DNA of 43,851 nt. It comes from a virus. The DNA is taken from UHGV virus genome UHGV-0172791; one strand, given 5' to 3'. Position numbers and translations under genes: made by a program. This document shows, in pieces, positions 25,344 to 34,939 of the stretch (position 1 is the first letter of the stretch; each line of letters starts with the position of its first letter). Under the pieces are notes generated by a model. The model was not told the DNA's origin and ran no database searches. It was given only the letters and a program-made list of their open reading frames with translations.

Positions 25344-26612
25344 ATGAGTAAATTAGTATTAGATTTAGCTGATTTAATCCCTAAACACTTTCATGGACTG
25401 TGGAAAGCTACTAAGGACAAAGAGAAACTTAACATAGTAGCTAAAGGTGGACGTGGTAGTGGTAAGTCCTCTGATATATCTATCATTATTACACAGTTAA
25501 TTATGCGCTATCCTATGAATGCAGTTGTAGTACGTAAGACGGATAATACATTAGCTACATCAGTATTCGAACAAATTAAGTGGGCGATAGAAGAACAAAA
25601 GGTGTCACACCTATTTAAAGTTAAAGTGTCGCCAATGGAAATCACATATGTACCTAGAGGGAATCGGATTATCTTTAGAGGGGCACAGAACCCTGAACGA
25701 TTAAAGTCGTTAAAAGATAGTCGGTTCCCTTTTTCTATCATGTGGATAGAGGAGTTAGCAGAATTTAAGACAGAGGATGAAGTTACGACAATTACTAACT
25801 CTATGTTACGTGGTGAATTAGATGACGGATTGTTCTATAAGTTTTTCTTTAGTTATAACCCGCCTAAGAGAAAACAATCTTGGGTTAACAAAAAATATGA
25901 AACCTCATTCCAACCAGATAACACATTCGTACATCATTCAACGTACTTAGATAATCCTTTTATCTCTAAGCAATTTATACAAGAGGCAGAGAGTGCGAAA
26001 GAACGTAACGAACAACGTTATCGTTGGGAATATATGGGCGAAGCGATTGGTAGTGGCGTTGTACCGTTTAACAATTTACAAATAGAGAAGATACCTGATG
26101 ACTTATACAAGACATTCGATAATATACGTAATGCAGTTGACTTTGGTTATGCTACTGATCCACTAGCATTTGTACGTTGGCACTATGATAAGAAGAAACG
26201 TATTATCTACGCAGTTGATGAACACTATGGTGTACAAATAAGCAATAGAGAGTTTGCTAACTGGTTAAAACGTAGAGGTTATCAATCTGATGAGATATAC
26301 GCAGATAGCGCTGAACCGAAATCAATCGCAGAGCTAAAACAAGAACATGGTATTAAGCGTGTTAAAGGTGTGAAGAAAGGACCTGACAGTGTAGAACACG
26401 GGGAACAATGGCTTGATGATTTAACTGCTATTGTGATAGATCCCAACAGAACACCTAACATAGCAAGAGAATTTGAAAACATCGACTATGAAACTGACAA
26501 AGACGGTAACGTTAAACCGAGATTAGAAGATAAAGACAACCATACGATAGACGCCACTAGATACGCCCTAGAGCGTGACATGAGGCAGAATAAACTTAGC
26601 ATACTTACGTAA
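25344..26612 (+). CDS. terL: Terminase large subunit
   Basis: Walker A VAKGGRGSGKS; nuclease-domain acidic residues in C-terminal half; 422 aa. Confidence 0.9.
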   Translation: MSKLVLDLADLIPKHFHGLWKATKDKEKLNIVAKGGRGSGKSSDISIIITQLIMRYPMNAVVVRKTDNTLATSVFEQIKWAIEEQKVSHLFKVKVSPMEITYVPRGNRIIFRGAQNPERLKSLKDSRFPFSIMWIEELAEFKTEDEVTTITNSMLRGELDDGLFYKFFFSYNPPKRKQSWVNKKYETSFQPDNTFVHHSTYLDNPFISKQFIQEAESAKERNEQRYRWEYMGEAIGSGVVPFNNLQIEKIPDDLYKTFDNIRNAVDFGYATDPLAFVRWHYDKKKRIIYAVDEHYGVQISNREFANWLKRRGYQSDEIYADSAEPKSIAELKQEHGIKRVKGVKKGPDSVEHGEQWLDDLTAIVIDPNRTPNIAREFENIDYETDKDGNVKPRLEDKDNHTIDATRYALERDMRQNKLSILT

Positions 26613-26617
26613 ACGAG

Positions 26618-28048
26618 GTGATTAGCATTAATTGGCCATGGGACAAACCATATCACGAACAAGTGGTAGAACAAATTAAACCGAAGTATGAAACGCAAGA
26701 AGAAATGATATTGCGCTTAGTTAGAGAACATAAAGAGAATATAGACAATATCACAATGGGCGAAAGATATTATAATCATCACCCAGATATACTAGACGCT
26801 CCTTTCAAAAGAGATGTGAACGGCGACTATGACGAAACTAAACCAGACTGGCGCATGTACACAAACTATCATCAAAACTTAGTAGACCAGAAAGTAGCTT
26901 ATGCAGTAGCTAATCCAGTGACATTTGGTGTAGATAACGACAAAGCATTAAAGCAAATACAACATACACTTAATCACAAGTGGGATGACAAGTTAGTAGA
27001 TATATTAACTGCTGCAAGTAATAAAGGTATCGAATGGGTTCAACCTTATGTAGATGAAGAGGGAGAATTTAAAACGTTTCGTGTGCCTGCAGAACAAGCT
27101 ATCCCTATTTGGACTAATAAAGAAAGAGATGAATTACAAGCATTTATCCGTGTGTATGAATTAGACGGAGCAGAACGTGTTGAGTATTGGACTAAAGATG
27201 ATGTGACATACTATGAGTTGAAAGAAGGACAACTTATTCCTGATTTCTATCGTAGCGATGACCACATTCAACCACATTACTATCAAGGTAATAAATTAAT
27301 GAGTTGGGGACGTGTACCGTTTATTCCGTTTAAGAATAACCCTCAAGAAGTATCAGACTTGTTTATGTATAAGACGATTATTGACGCATTAGACAGACGT
27401 TTATCTGATACTCAAAACACGTTTGATGAATCAGTTGAGTTAATTTATATCCTTAAAGGTTATGAAGGCGAAAACTTAAAGGACTTCATGCATAACCTTA
27501 AATACTATAAAGCAATTAATGTTGATGGTGAAGGCTCGGGAGTAGATACGATTAAAGTGGAAGTACCTGTCGATGCAGTTAAAGAATATGTAAAAATGCT
27601 ACGTGAATACATTATTGAGTTCGGTCAAGGTGTGGACTTCCAACAAGATAAATTCGGTAATAGTCCTAGTGGCATCGCACTCAAGTTTATGTACAGTAAT
27701 TTAGATTTAAAAGCGAACAAGTTGAAGAATAAAACACTTACTGCATTGCAAGAGTTGTTACAATACATCATTGATTTCTACAAGTTAGATGTCAAAGTGC
27801 AAGATATTGAGATTACATTCAACTTCAACATTATGGTAAATGAGTTAGAAAACTCTCAAATTGCTATGAATTCAACTGCTATCTTATCTAAAGAAACAGT
27901 TATTGCTAATCATGCATGGGTTGATGATCCAGTCGCAGAAATGGAAAGAATAGAGCAAGAAAACATTGAACTTAACCAACAACTTCCTGATATTGAGGAG
28001 GGTTTGAATGGCAGAAAACAACAGTCCGAAGATAACCAACCAACATGA
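26618..28048 (+). CDS. Portal protein (SPP1 gp6-like); exact start uncertain
   Basis: 476 aa following terL; portal-typical acidic C-terminus. Confidence 0.85.
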   Translation: MISINWPWDKPYHEQVVEQIKPKYETQEEMILRLVREHKENIDNITMGERYYNHHPDILDAPFKRDVNGDYDETKPDWRMYTNYHQNLVDQKVAYAVANPVTFGVDNDKALKQIQHTLNHKWDDKLVDILTAASNKGIEWVQPYVDEEGEFKTFRVPAEQAIPIWTNKERDELQAFIRVYELDGAERVEYWTKDDVTYYELKEGQLIPDFYRSDDHIQPHYYQGNKLMSWGRVPFIPFKNNPQEVSDLFMYKTIIDALDRRLSDTQNTFDESVELIYILKGYEGENLKDFMHNLKYYKAINVDGEGSGVDTIKVEVPVDAVKEYVKMLREYIIEFGQGVDFQQDKFGNSPSGIALKFMYSNLDLKANKLKNKTLTALQELLQYIIDFYKLDVKVQDIEITFNFNIMVNELENSQIAMNSTAILSKETVIANHAWVDDPVAEMERIEQENIELNQQLPDIEEGLNGRKQQSEDNQPT

Positions 28049-28958
28049 TATCGATGGTTACATTGATAGAAAGATAATGACAGCAGAAAAAGAGATAGAA
28101 ATACTGTTTGCTAACCGTCTGAAAGAAATCAAACAAGAATTAGCAGATATGTTTTCTAAATATCAATCTGATGACGTGTACGTTACGTGGACTGAATTTA
28201 ATAAGTATAACAGGCTCAATAAGGAACTAGAACGTATAGGACAGATGTTGACACAAGATTATAGAGAAGTCGCTAAGATTATCAAACAATCTCAACAGAA
28301 TGTCTATATTGAAAAGTATCTTATGAGCCTTTATTTGTATGAAATGGCTAGTCAAACATCAATGGACTTCGATGTACCAACTCAAGCCATTATACAGAAA
28401 GCCATAGAACAACCAGTTGACTTGATTAAGTTAGTACCAACGCTAGAACGTCATAGAAACAACGTACTTAAAAAGATACGCATAGAAATCACTAAAGGCA
28501 TCGTAAATGGCAAAGGGTACACACATATAGCTAAAGCCTTACGTGATGATTTAGGTATGTCTAAAGCGCAAGCACAACGTGTAGCACGTACAGAAACAGG
28601 ACGCGCACTATCACAAGCCGGTTTAGATAGTGCAATGGTAGCTAAAGATAACGGGCTTGATATGAAGAAACGTTGGTTTGCTACTAAAGACACACGCACA
28701 CGTGATACACACAGGCACTTAGACGGTACTTCAGTAGATATCGAAGATAACTTTCATTCTAGTGGTTGTGTAGGTCCTGCACCTAAGTTATTTGTTGGTG
28801 TAGCTAGTGCAAAAGAGAATATCAACTGTCGTTGTAAGTTACTTTATTACATAGATGAAGATGAATTACCTACAACTATGAGAACTAAAGAAGATGGCGT
28901 AATACCTTTCACTACCTATAGAGAGTGGGAGAAAGAGAAACGAAAAGGTGGTGCTTGA
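28008..28958 (+). CDS. Minor head protein (SPP1 gp7 / Mu F-like)
   Basis: 316 aa; Mu-F-like motifs AKALRDDLGMSKAQAQRVARTE; overlaps portal 3' end. Confidence 0.75.
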   Translation: MAENNSPKITNQHDIDGYIDRKIMTAEKEIEILFANRLKEIKQELADMFSKYQSDDVYVTWTEFNKYNRLNKELERIGQMLTQDYREVAKIIKQSQQNVYIEKYLMSLYLYEMASQTSMDFDVPTQAIIQKAIEQPVDLIKLVPTLERHRNNVLKKIRIEITKGIVNGKGYTHIAKALRDDLGMSKAQAQRVARTETGRALSQAGLDSAMVAKDNGLDMKKRWFATKDTRTRDTHRHLDGTSVDIEDNFHSSGCVGPAPKLFVGVASAKENINCRCKLLYYIDEDELPTTMRTKEDGVIPFTTYREWEKEKRKGGA

Positions 28959-28960
28959 TT

Positions 28961-29167
28961 ATGGAGTTTAATGTGAAGGTTAATGTTGATGCTGATGAAG
29001 CAATTGAGAAATTAGAACGTATCAAAAAACTATACGAAGAAATTAATCAATTAAAGAACGATAGACCTGTTGTAAAGGTAGGAATAAGCAACGAAGCTGA
29101 TACAGAAATAATTAGAAGTTATATTAATGAGAAAAATGCTGAAAATGCAAACTTTAACTTATTCTAG
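28961..29167 (+). CDS. Hypothetical small protein (68 aa)
   Basis: RBS AAAGGTGGTG; MEFNVKVNVDADEAIEKLERIKKLYEEINQL. Confidence 0.4.
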   Translation: MEFNVKVNVDADEAIEKLERIKKLYEEINQLKNDRPVVKVGISNEADTEIIRSYINEKNAENANFNLF

Positions 29168-29197
29168 CTAACACTTAATTGTGTTGGCTATTTTTTA
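29167..29197 (+). terminator. Rho-independent terminator
   Basis: GCTAACAC-ttaatt-GTGTTGGC then TATTTTTTA. Confidence 0.5.
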
Positions 29198-29282
29198 TGC
29201 CCAAATCATGCTCAAGGCGTTAAAAGGTGCAAACTCATGGTGGAAAAGACCACCGTAATAAAAAATGTGAGGAGTAATACAA

Positions 29283-29879
29283 ATGAAACGAGAATTTTTA
29301 CGTGGTTTAGGTTTGGAAGAGGAAACAGTTCAAAAGATTGTAGATGAACATCATGACACTTTGCGTGATTTTAAAAATAAAGCTGAGAAGACAGAATCAT
29401 TGCAAGAGCAACTTGATAAAGCAAACAAAGAACTGGATAATCGTGACAAACAAATCACTGACCTTCAAAAGGCTAAAGATGGGGATAATCAAGAACTTAA
29501 AGATAAGTTAGCAAACTATGAAAAAGAAAATGCCCAATATAAAGCTGATATGAAGGAGTTAAAACTTAATAACGCTGTTAAGTTGGCGGTTGCTAAAGAC
29601 GCAAACGACGCCGACGACATTCTAGCTTTCATCAACAAAGATGAGTTAGAACTACAAGATGACGGCAATGTTAAAGGTTTAGATAAAGCGATTGAATCGT
29701 TAAAAGAGTCTAAGCCTTATTTATTTGCTGAAAGTAAACCAAGTGGACGCACACCAGACGACGGTAAAAACGTAAATGGTGGGATTACACAAGAAGAATT
29801 TAACAATATGAGTGTCGCAGAGAGAACTAATCTATTCGTTAACGATAGAAAAACTTACGACACTCTAATAAACAATTAG
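29283..29879 (+). CDS. Scaffolding protein
   Basis: 198-aa highly charged coiled-coil protein directly upstream of capsid gene. Confidence 0.7.
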   Translation: MKREFLRGLGLEEETVQKIVDEHHDTLRDFKNKAEKTESLQEQLDKANKELDNRDKQITDLQKAKDGDNQELKDKLANYEKENAQYKADMKELKLNNAVKLAVAKDANDADDILAFINKDELELQDDGNVKGLDKAIESLKESKPYLFAESKPSGRTPDDGKNVNGGITQEEFNNMSVAERTNLFVNDRKTYDTLINN

Positions 29880-29895
29880 AAAAGAGGTATAAAAC

Positions 29896-30726
29896 ATGGC
29901 ACAAGGAACAACAACTAAAAGTACACAAATCGTTCCAGAAGTATTAAAACCTATGATGCAAGCAGAATTAGATAAGAAATTGAGATTTGCACAATTTGCA
30001 GACATTGACAGTACATTAGTAGGACAACCAGGCGACACTTTAACTTTCCCTGCATTTGTTTACAGTGGTGACGCTACAGTAGTACCTGAAGGACAAAAAA
30101 TTCCTGTAGACAAAATTGAAACTAACAGACGTGAAGCTAAAATTCATAAAATCGGTAAAGGTACTGATATTACTGATGAAGCTTTATTATCTGGTTATGG
30201 TGACCCTCAAGGCGAAGCAGTACGTCAACATGGCTTAGCTATTGCTAACAAAGTAGATAACGACGTATTAGAAGCTTTACGAGGTACAAAATTAACGGTT
30301 AGTGGAGATATTGGTACATTAGCAGGTTTAGAAGCTGCAATTGACACATTCGATGATGAAGATTTAGAACCAATGGTATTATTCATTAATCCTAAAGACG
30401 CTGGTAAATTACGTTCTAGCGCTTCAGATAACTTCACTCGCGCTACTGAATTAGGCGATAACATTATCGTTAAAGGTGCATTTGGCGAAGCGTTAGGTGC
30501 TATCATTGTACGTTCTAAGAAATTAGATGAGGGCGAAGCTATTTTAGCTAAACGTGGTGCAGTTAAATTAATCACTAAACGTGATTTCTTCTTAGAAACT
30601 GACCGTGATCCTTCAACTAAAACAACTGCTTTATACAGTGATAAACACTATGTAGCGTACTTATATGACGAATCTAAAGCAGTTAAGGTTACTAAAGGCG
30701 CAGGAACTACAGACTCAGGCGCATAA
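29896..30726 (+). CDS. Major capsid protein
   Basis: 276 aa, follows scaffold, strong RBS AAAGAGGT. Confidence 0.7.
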   Translation: MAQGTTTKSTQIVPEVLKPMMQAELDKKLRFAQFADIDSTLVGQPGDTLTFPAFVYSGDATVVPEGQKIPVDKIETNRREAKIHKIGKGTDITDEALLSGYGDPQGEAVRQHGLAIANKVDNDVLEALRGTKLTVSGDIGTLAGLEAAIDTFDDEDLEPMVLFINPKDAGKLRSSASDNFTRATELGDNIIVKGAFGEALGAIIVRSKKLDEGEAILAKRGAVKLITKRDFFLETDRDPSTKTTALYSDKHYVAYLYDESKAVKVTKGAGTTDSGA

Positions 30727-30742
30727 AAGGAGGTAGTGACGT

Positions 30743-31033
30743 ATGTATAAAGTAATCGAATACTTCACAGACTTACAAGATGACAACTACGAATATAACG
30801 TTGGAGATACGTTCCCTCGTAAAGGTTTAAATGTAAGTGATGAACGATTAACTGAACTATCCACAAAAGAAAACCGTCAAAACAAGCCCTTTATTGAACG
30901 TGTAGATAGCGATAAAGACTTAAAAGGTATGAAAGTATCAGAATTAAGAGAACTCGCTAAAGAACGTGAAATAGAGGGTTTTTCTAGTATGAAAAAAGAT
31001 GAACTCGTTGAAGCGTTAGGAAGTGTTAAGTAA
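30743..31033 (+). CDS. Rho-termination-factor N-terminal-domain-like protein (head-module accessory)
   Basis: C-terminal MKVSELRELAKEREIEGFSSMKKDELVEAL matches Rho_N/SAP-like motif. Confidence 0.5.
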   Translation: MYKVIEYFTDLQDDNYEYNVGDTFPRKGLNVSDERLTELSTKENRQNKPFIERVDSDKDLKGMKVSELRELAKEREIEGFSSMKKDELVEALGSVK

Positions 31034-31347
31034 TGAACGCACAAGACGTTAAATTATTAAATAATCTTTCACTCGATGATACTTCTAACGATGAAACAAT
31101 AGAATTACTTATTGAAAAGTATCTGAATGTAGCAGAAGAATATTGCAATCAAACATTCAACAGACAGTCATTACCTAGTAACGTAGAGAAATTTATTGCT
31201 AATTGTATTAAACAAGGTACGACTAGCAATGTTTCTTCCCGTACTATGGGAACTGTAAGCTACACATTCGTTACCGATCTACCTAAGGAAACATACAGTT
31301 ACCTAAAACCATTTAGACGTTTACGTTGGACTGGTTATCATGTTTAA
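31033..31347 (+). CDS. Head-tail connector (gp6-like)
   Basis: 104 aa, N-terminal LDDTSNDETIELLIEKYLNVAEEYCNQ typical of phage gp6 head-tail connector family. Confidence 0.55.
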   Translation: MNAQDVKLLNNLSLDDTSNDETIELLIEKYLNVAEEYCNQTFNRQSLPSNVEKFIANCIKQGTTSNVSSRTMGTVSYTFVTDLPKETYSYLKPFRRLRWTGYHV

Positions 31348-31669
31348 TCCATTAGACGAGTTTCCTCATACAATCGAATTAGGCTCAAGAGAAGTTGTAG
31401 GAGAGTATCCACGTGAACAAGAGCGCTTTAAAAGCGAAAAAACAATACAAGGATTTATGGATACGCCTACTTCATCTGAACAACTCAAGTTTCATCAAAT
31501 GAACCAATCATATGACAGGAACCTATATACGCCGTACAGCCTGCCAATCACTAACACAAACTTATTTAAATACAACGGTAAAACTTACGAGGTAGTAGGA
31601 GAACCTGTCGACCAAGGCGGGCAACAAGAAATCAACTTAACAAGATTGAGAGAATGTCCTATTGGCTAA
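31340..31669 (+). CDS. Head closure / head-tail adaptor protein
   Basis: 109 aa, position and overlap pattern. Confidence 0.5.
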   Translation: MFNPLDEFPHTIELGSREVVGEYPREQERFKSEKTIQGFMDTPTSSEQLKFHQMNQSYDRNLYTPYSLPITNTNLFKYNGKTYEVVGEPVDQGGQQEINLTRLRECPIG

Positions 31670-33043
31670 GGTTAAATACGGAAATTGGGATTTAGTTAAG
31701 GAACTTGAGGAGTTTGAAAAAGAAACGATTAGATGGGCTAAAAAAGGTATAGCCAAGACAACAACAATTATTCACAATTCAATAGTTAGTAACATGCCCG
31801 TTGATACCGGTTATCTTAGAGAAAGTGTTTCTATGGACTTTAAGAAGGACGGATTAACAGGCGTTATTAATATCGGCAGTGAGTACGCGATAAAACGTAT
31901 GTCGCAATTACTGGTAACAGTAATTTAAAAATCGAGCAAAATCGGTGAAAGTCTTTAAATATAAAGTTGTATGTTAATTACGGTACAGGTATAATGTATA
32001 TGAGGTGATTATATTTGGAACGTAATGATAAAGGGCAATTTGTAAAAGGTATGAACATCAAGGATAAAACGAATGAGAGATTTGGAAGATTAACAGTCAT
32101 TGGAATGTCGGATAAAAAATCTGGCAGAAAAACCTATTGGAATTGTCTGTGTGACTGTGGGAATAAAGTAACTGTGAGAAGTGATTCTTTAGGTACCACT
32201 AAATCATGTGGCTGTTTAAAAAAAGCGAAAGCGCCACTTAATCTAGGAAAAACTAATTTACATGGTTTAACTAAGCATCCATTATACGGAAGATGGAACG
32301 CTATGATAAATAGGTGTGAAAATCCTAACACATTAGCCTATAAAAATTACGGCGAACGTGGTATTAAAGTATGCGACGAATGGCACAATCTGAAAGAGTT
32401 TATTCGTTGGAGCGAAGAAAATGGTTTTAGTGATAAATTAACTTTAGAAAGAATAGATGTTAATGGCAACTATGAACCAAAAAATTGTAAATGGATACCT
32501 ATGGAAGAACAACATTATAATAAACGTACTTCTGTTTATCACACGTATAATGGAGTTACAAAAACTACAATGCAATGGGCTCATGAATTAAATATCCCCT
32601 TGTACAAAGTGTCGAAATATAAGAAAAATAACATACCTTTTGTAGATTTGATTAAAGAGTATAAAGATAACACCGAGGTAACTTAATAGATTGCGAAAGG
32701 CTATTAAGCACTGTAGAGCGTAGGAAGTGAATAAATATAATCTTCCCAAGAGTGTTCGACAACCAATAAAGGTTGTCTTTTTTATTGGTTGAAAATGTAC
32801 GCCGAACTTACAGGTGACTGTAAGAAGTAGAGGATAAAAAGCCTTTACGATAACAAATGATACGTAAACTACGGCACAGGCATATATTCAGTTGGTCCTG
32901 GTGGTAGTCGTGCTAAAAGTATTCCATGGCGTTATAAAGACGCAGACGGACATTGGCACACAACAAAAGGTCAACGTGCACAACCTTTTTGGGAACCTGC
33001 TATTGACGAAGGTAGAGCGTTTTTCAATAAGTATTTTTCATAA
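31662..33043 (+). CDS. HK97 gp10-like head-tail joining protein, split by an intron: exon 1 31662..31891, exon 2 32881..33043
   Basis: Exon 1 ORF runs into a stop after 88 aa. Some 990 nt downstream, a C-terminus with no start codon is read in a different frame: IYSVGPGGSRAKSIPWRYKDADGHWHTTKGQRAQPFWEPAIDEGRAFFNKYFS. Its PFWEPAIDE matches the gp10 family motif pF(l/w)rPA. Spliced product ..IGSEYAIIYSVGPGG.. Confidence 0.6.
31892..32880 (+). ncRNA. Putative group I intron (989 nt) carrying an HNH homing endonuclease ORF
   Basis: Upstream exon ends in U (..GCGAU) and pairs with GUCGC 9 nt into the intron (5-bp P1 with U.G wobble at the splice site); last intron nt is G; length 989 = 2 mod 3, which restores the frame exactly. 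Confidence 0.5.
32015..32686 (+). CDS. Intron-encoded HNH homing endonuclease (zinc-finger + AP2/HNH_3-like)
   Basis: CLCDCGNKV...CGC zinc motif; HPLYGRWNAMINRCENPNTLAYKNYGERGIKVCDEW and LTLERIDVNGNYEPKNCKWI HNH_3/AP2-like; TTG start with RBS GAGGTGA. Confidence 0.7.
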   Translation: MERNDKGQFVKGMNIKDKTNERFGRLTVIGMSDKKSGRKTYWNCLCDCGNKVTVRSDSLGTTKSCGCLKKAKAPLNLGKTNLHGLTKHPLYGRWNAMINRCENPNTLAYKNYGERGIKVCDEWHNLKEFIRWSEENGFSDKLTLERIDVNGNYEPKNCKWIPMEEQHYNKRTSVYHTYNGVTKTTMQWAHELNIPLYKVSKYKKNNIPFVDLIKEYKDNTEVT

Positions 33044-33055
33044 GGTGGTTAAGAT

Positions 33056-33493
33056 ATGTGGGTATCAGTAGAACGGTATCTGTTTAACAAGATATATAAC
33101 AAATTAAAAAGCAACCCTATCATCAAAAAACAGCTTGGTGGTAGGGTTTTTGATTGCGTTCAAAAAGACGCTGTTTACCCATATATCGTTGTGGGTGAAA
33201 CAAACGTCACTAATAAAGAAACGACAACGAGTATGTTTGAAGATGTAGGCGTAACCTTACACGTGTATAGTCAAGCGAGAAATCGTGATGAAGTAGCACA
33301 AATCATTCAGTTTTTAGGTCATGTACTTAATACTGAATTTGAAATCGAACATTACTCATTCATTAAAAGTCGGATTGATACACAAGAAGTGATAACTGAC
33401 ATAGATCAGTACACGAAACACGGTATCATCCGGCTTGTTTTTAAATACAGACACAATACTTTACAAAGGAGTGTAACGAATGGCGCAGAATAA
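33056..33493 (+). CDS. Tail completion protein (DUF3168-like)
   Basis: 145 aa between head-tail joining gene and major tail gene. Confidence 0.45.
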   Translation: MWVSVERYLFNKIYNKLKSNPIIKKQLGGRVFDCVQKDAVYPYIVVGETNVTNKETTTSMFEDVGVTLHVYSQARNRDEVAQIIQFLGHVLNTEFEIEHYSFIKSRIDTQEVITDIDQYTKHGIIRLVFKYRHNTLQRSVTNGAE

Positions 33494-34019
33494 ATACATT
33501 GCAGCGTTACAAATTGCTGACAAAGTTTTAGCAAGTCAGTTAAAAGAAGAAGATGCTATTCTGTTAGCTAGTTTAGCTGAAGGTGGACACACAATCAGTA
33601 ATGACTTAGCTGAAATGATTACAGGTGGCAAAAAAGACTATGGTCGTAACTCTGTAGAAGAAGAAATCAAGTTAACTATTGACCGTGTACCTGGCGACAA
33701 AGGTCAAGAAGCTTTAAAAGAGTCAGTTAAAAACTTCAAGCAGTTACGTTTATGGATTTGGGAAGTTAAAAAACGTGATGGTAAACATCACGGTACTTTC
33801 GCTTATGTAATTGTAGAAGAGCACGAATGGTCATTTGATGATGAGGATGACAAAATCGAAATCACTGCAAAAGTTAAATTTAACAGTGCAGACGGTTCTG
33901 TTGATTCATTACCACCAGAATGGCTTAATCCTAGTGCTGCTGCTCCTACAGTTGAATGGGAAGATATGGGAGCTTATACAGACTCATACGAAAACCGTAC
34001 ACCTAGTGCTGGTGCATAA
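33480..34019 (+). CDS. Major tail protein
   Basis: 179 aa, followed by strong terminator and by the G/GT chaperone pair and tape measure. Confidence 0.65.
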   Translation: MAQNKYIAALQIADKVLASQLKEEDAILLASLAEGGHTISNDLAEMITGGKKDYGRNSVEEEIKLTIDRVPGDKGQEALKESVKNFKQLRLWIWEVKKRDGKHHGTFAYVIVEEHEWSFDDEDDKIEITAKVKFNSADGSVDSLPPEWLNPSAAAPTVEWEDMGAYTDSYENRTPSAGA

Positions 34020-34023
34020 TTAC

Positions 34024-34049
34024 GAGGGCATTAAGCCCTCTATTTTTTT
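34024..34049 (+). terminator. Rho-independent terminator after major tail gene
   Basis: GAGGGC-attaa-GCCCTC perfect stem then TATTTTTTT. Confidence 0.6.
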
Positions 34050-34077
34050 GTAAAAAATAACAGAAAGAGGTTAAAGA

Positions 34078-34572
34078 ATGACTGAAAATACAATCAATCC
34101 TATTACTACATTAGAATTCAACGGAGAAGAAGTAGAAGCAAAAGCTACTTTCTTATTTGATAAAACTGCTAAAAAGTTTGCTAAAGATGAGCAAGATGAA
34201 AACGGTAAAACTACTAAAGTATCTGGTTTCAATGCTATCTATAACAGTATTTTAGAACGTGACACTAATGCAATCGCAGATTTTTGGGAATGTGCTACTG
34301 CTTATTTAAACAAGAAGGCACCTACACGAGAGCAAATTGAAACTGCTTTAATGGAGTTTATTAATAAAAACGGCGACACGCTTGAATTATTACAAGGTGC
34401 TTTAGATGTAATGAATAATAGCGGTTTTTTCAAGCAAAAATCACGTCAATTCTGGTCGCAAATGAACCAAGCACCAACAATGGTAAAAGAGGAAGAGAAA
34501 GAGTCTACGAAGAACGGTATCGAGTACATGAAGAACAACTACAAAGAAATCATGGGCGAGCTACCTTACTAG
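34078..34572 (+). CDS. Tail assembly chaperone (gpG-like)
   Basis: 164 aa acidic protein upstream of tape measure; contains slippery site near 3' end. Confidence 0.6.
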   Translation: MTENTINPITTLEFNGEEVEAKATFLFDKTAKKFAKDEQDENGKTTKVSGFNAIYNSILERDTNAIADFWECATAYLNKKAPTREQIETALMEFINKNGDTLELLQGALDVMNNSGFFKQKSRQFWSQMNQAPTMVKEEEKESTKNGIEYMKNNYKEIMGELPY

Positions 34573-34937
34573 ATTATTCAGAAATACGGCAGATAACCAG
34601 TCAATACATAGGCTATCTTCCTTATGATGAATTAATGAGTTTAACGCCTAATGAATGGAAAGACTGGGTTATCGGTCGCAGATTGGCGTTACTTGATGAA
34701 CAAGAAACTTTATTGTTTGGTGCTCAAGCTAACGGTCTTGTACAAGCTGGTAAGTCGTTAAAACGACTACAAAAACAGTTAGAACGTGCAAGATATGAAG
34801 TTCGTGGACAATCAGAAGAATACGAACGTATGAAAGAACGTAAGTTAGCACAGAACAAACGAAACAGAGCAGTTCAGAAACAAGGTACACGACGGTTTAT
34901 GAATTCATTACGTAATACTAGTCAAAGAGGAGGTTAG
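34078..34937 (+). CDS. Tail assembly chaperone fusion (gpGT-like) via programmed -1 frameshift at 34425..34431
   Basis: Slippery heptamer U UUU UUC in G-frame at 34425-34431; the -1 frame opens at 34422 immediately after an upstream stop and runs to 34937 (ORF-track 34635..34937 is its 3' part). Confidence 0.5.
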
Positions 34938-34939
34938 CC

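Noticed and set aside
31662-31928. 88-aa ORF treated as a complete gp10-like gene
   Set aside because: Its last 12 residues (IKRMSQLLVTVI) are read-through into intron sequence. The conserved gp10 C-terminus lies in exon 2 at 32881-33043.
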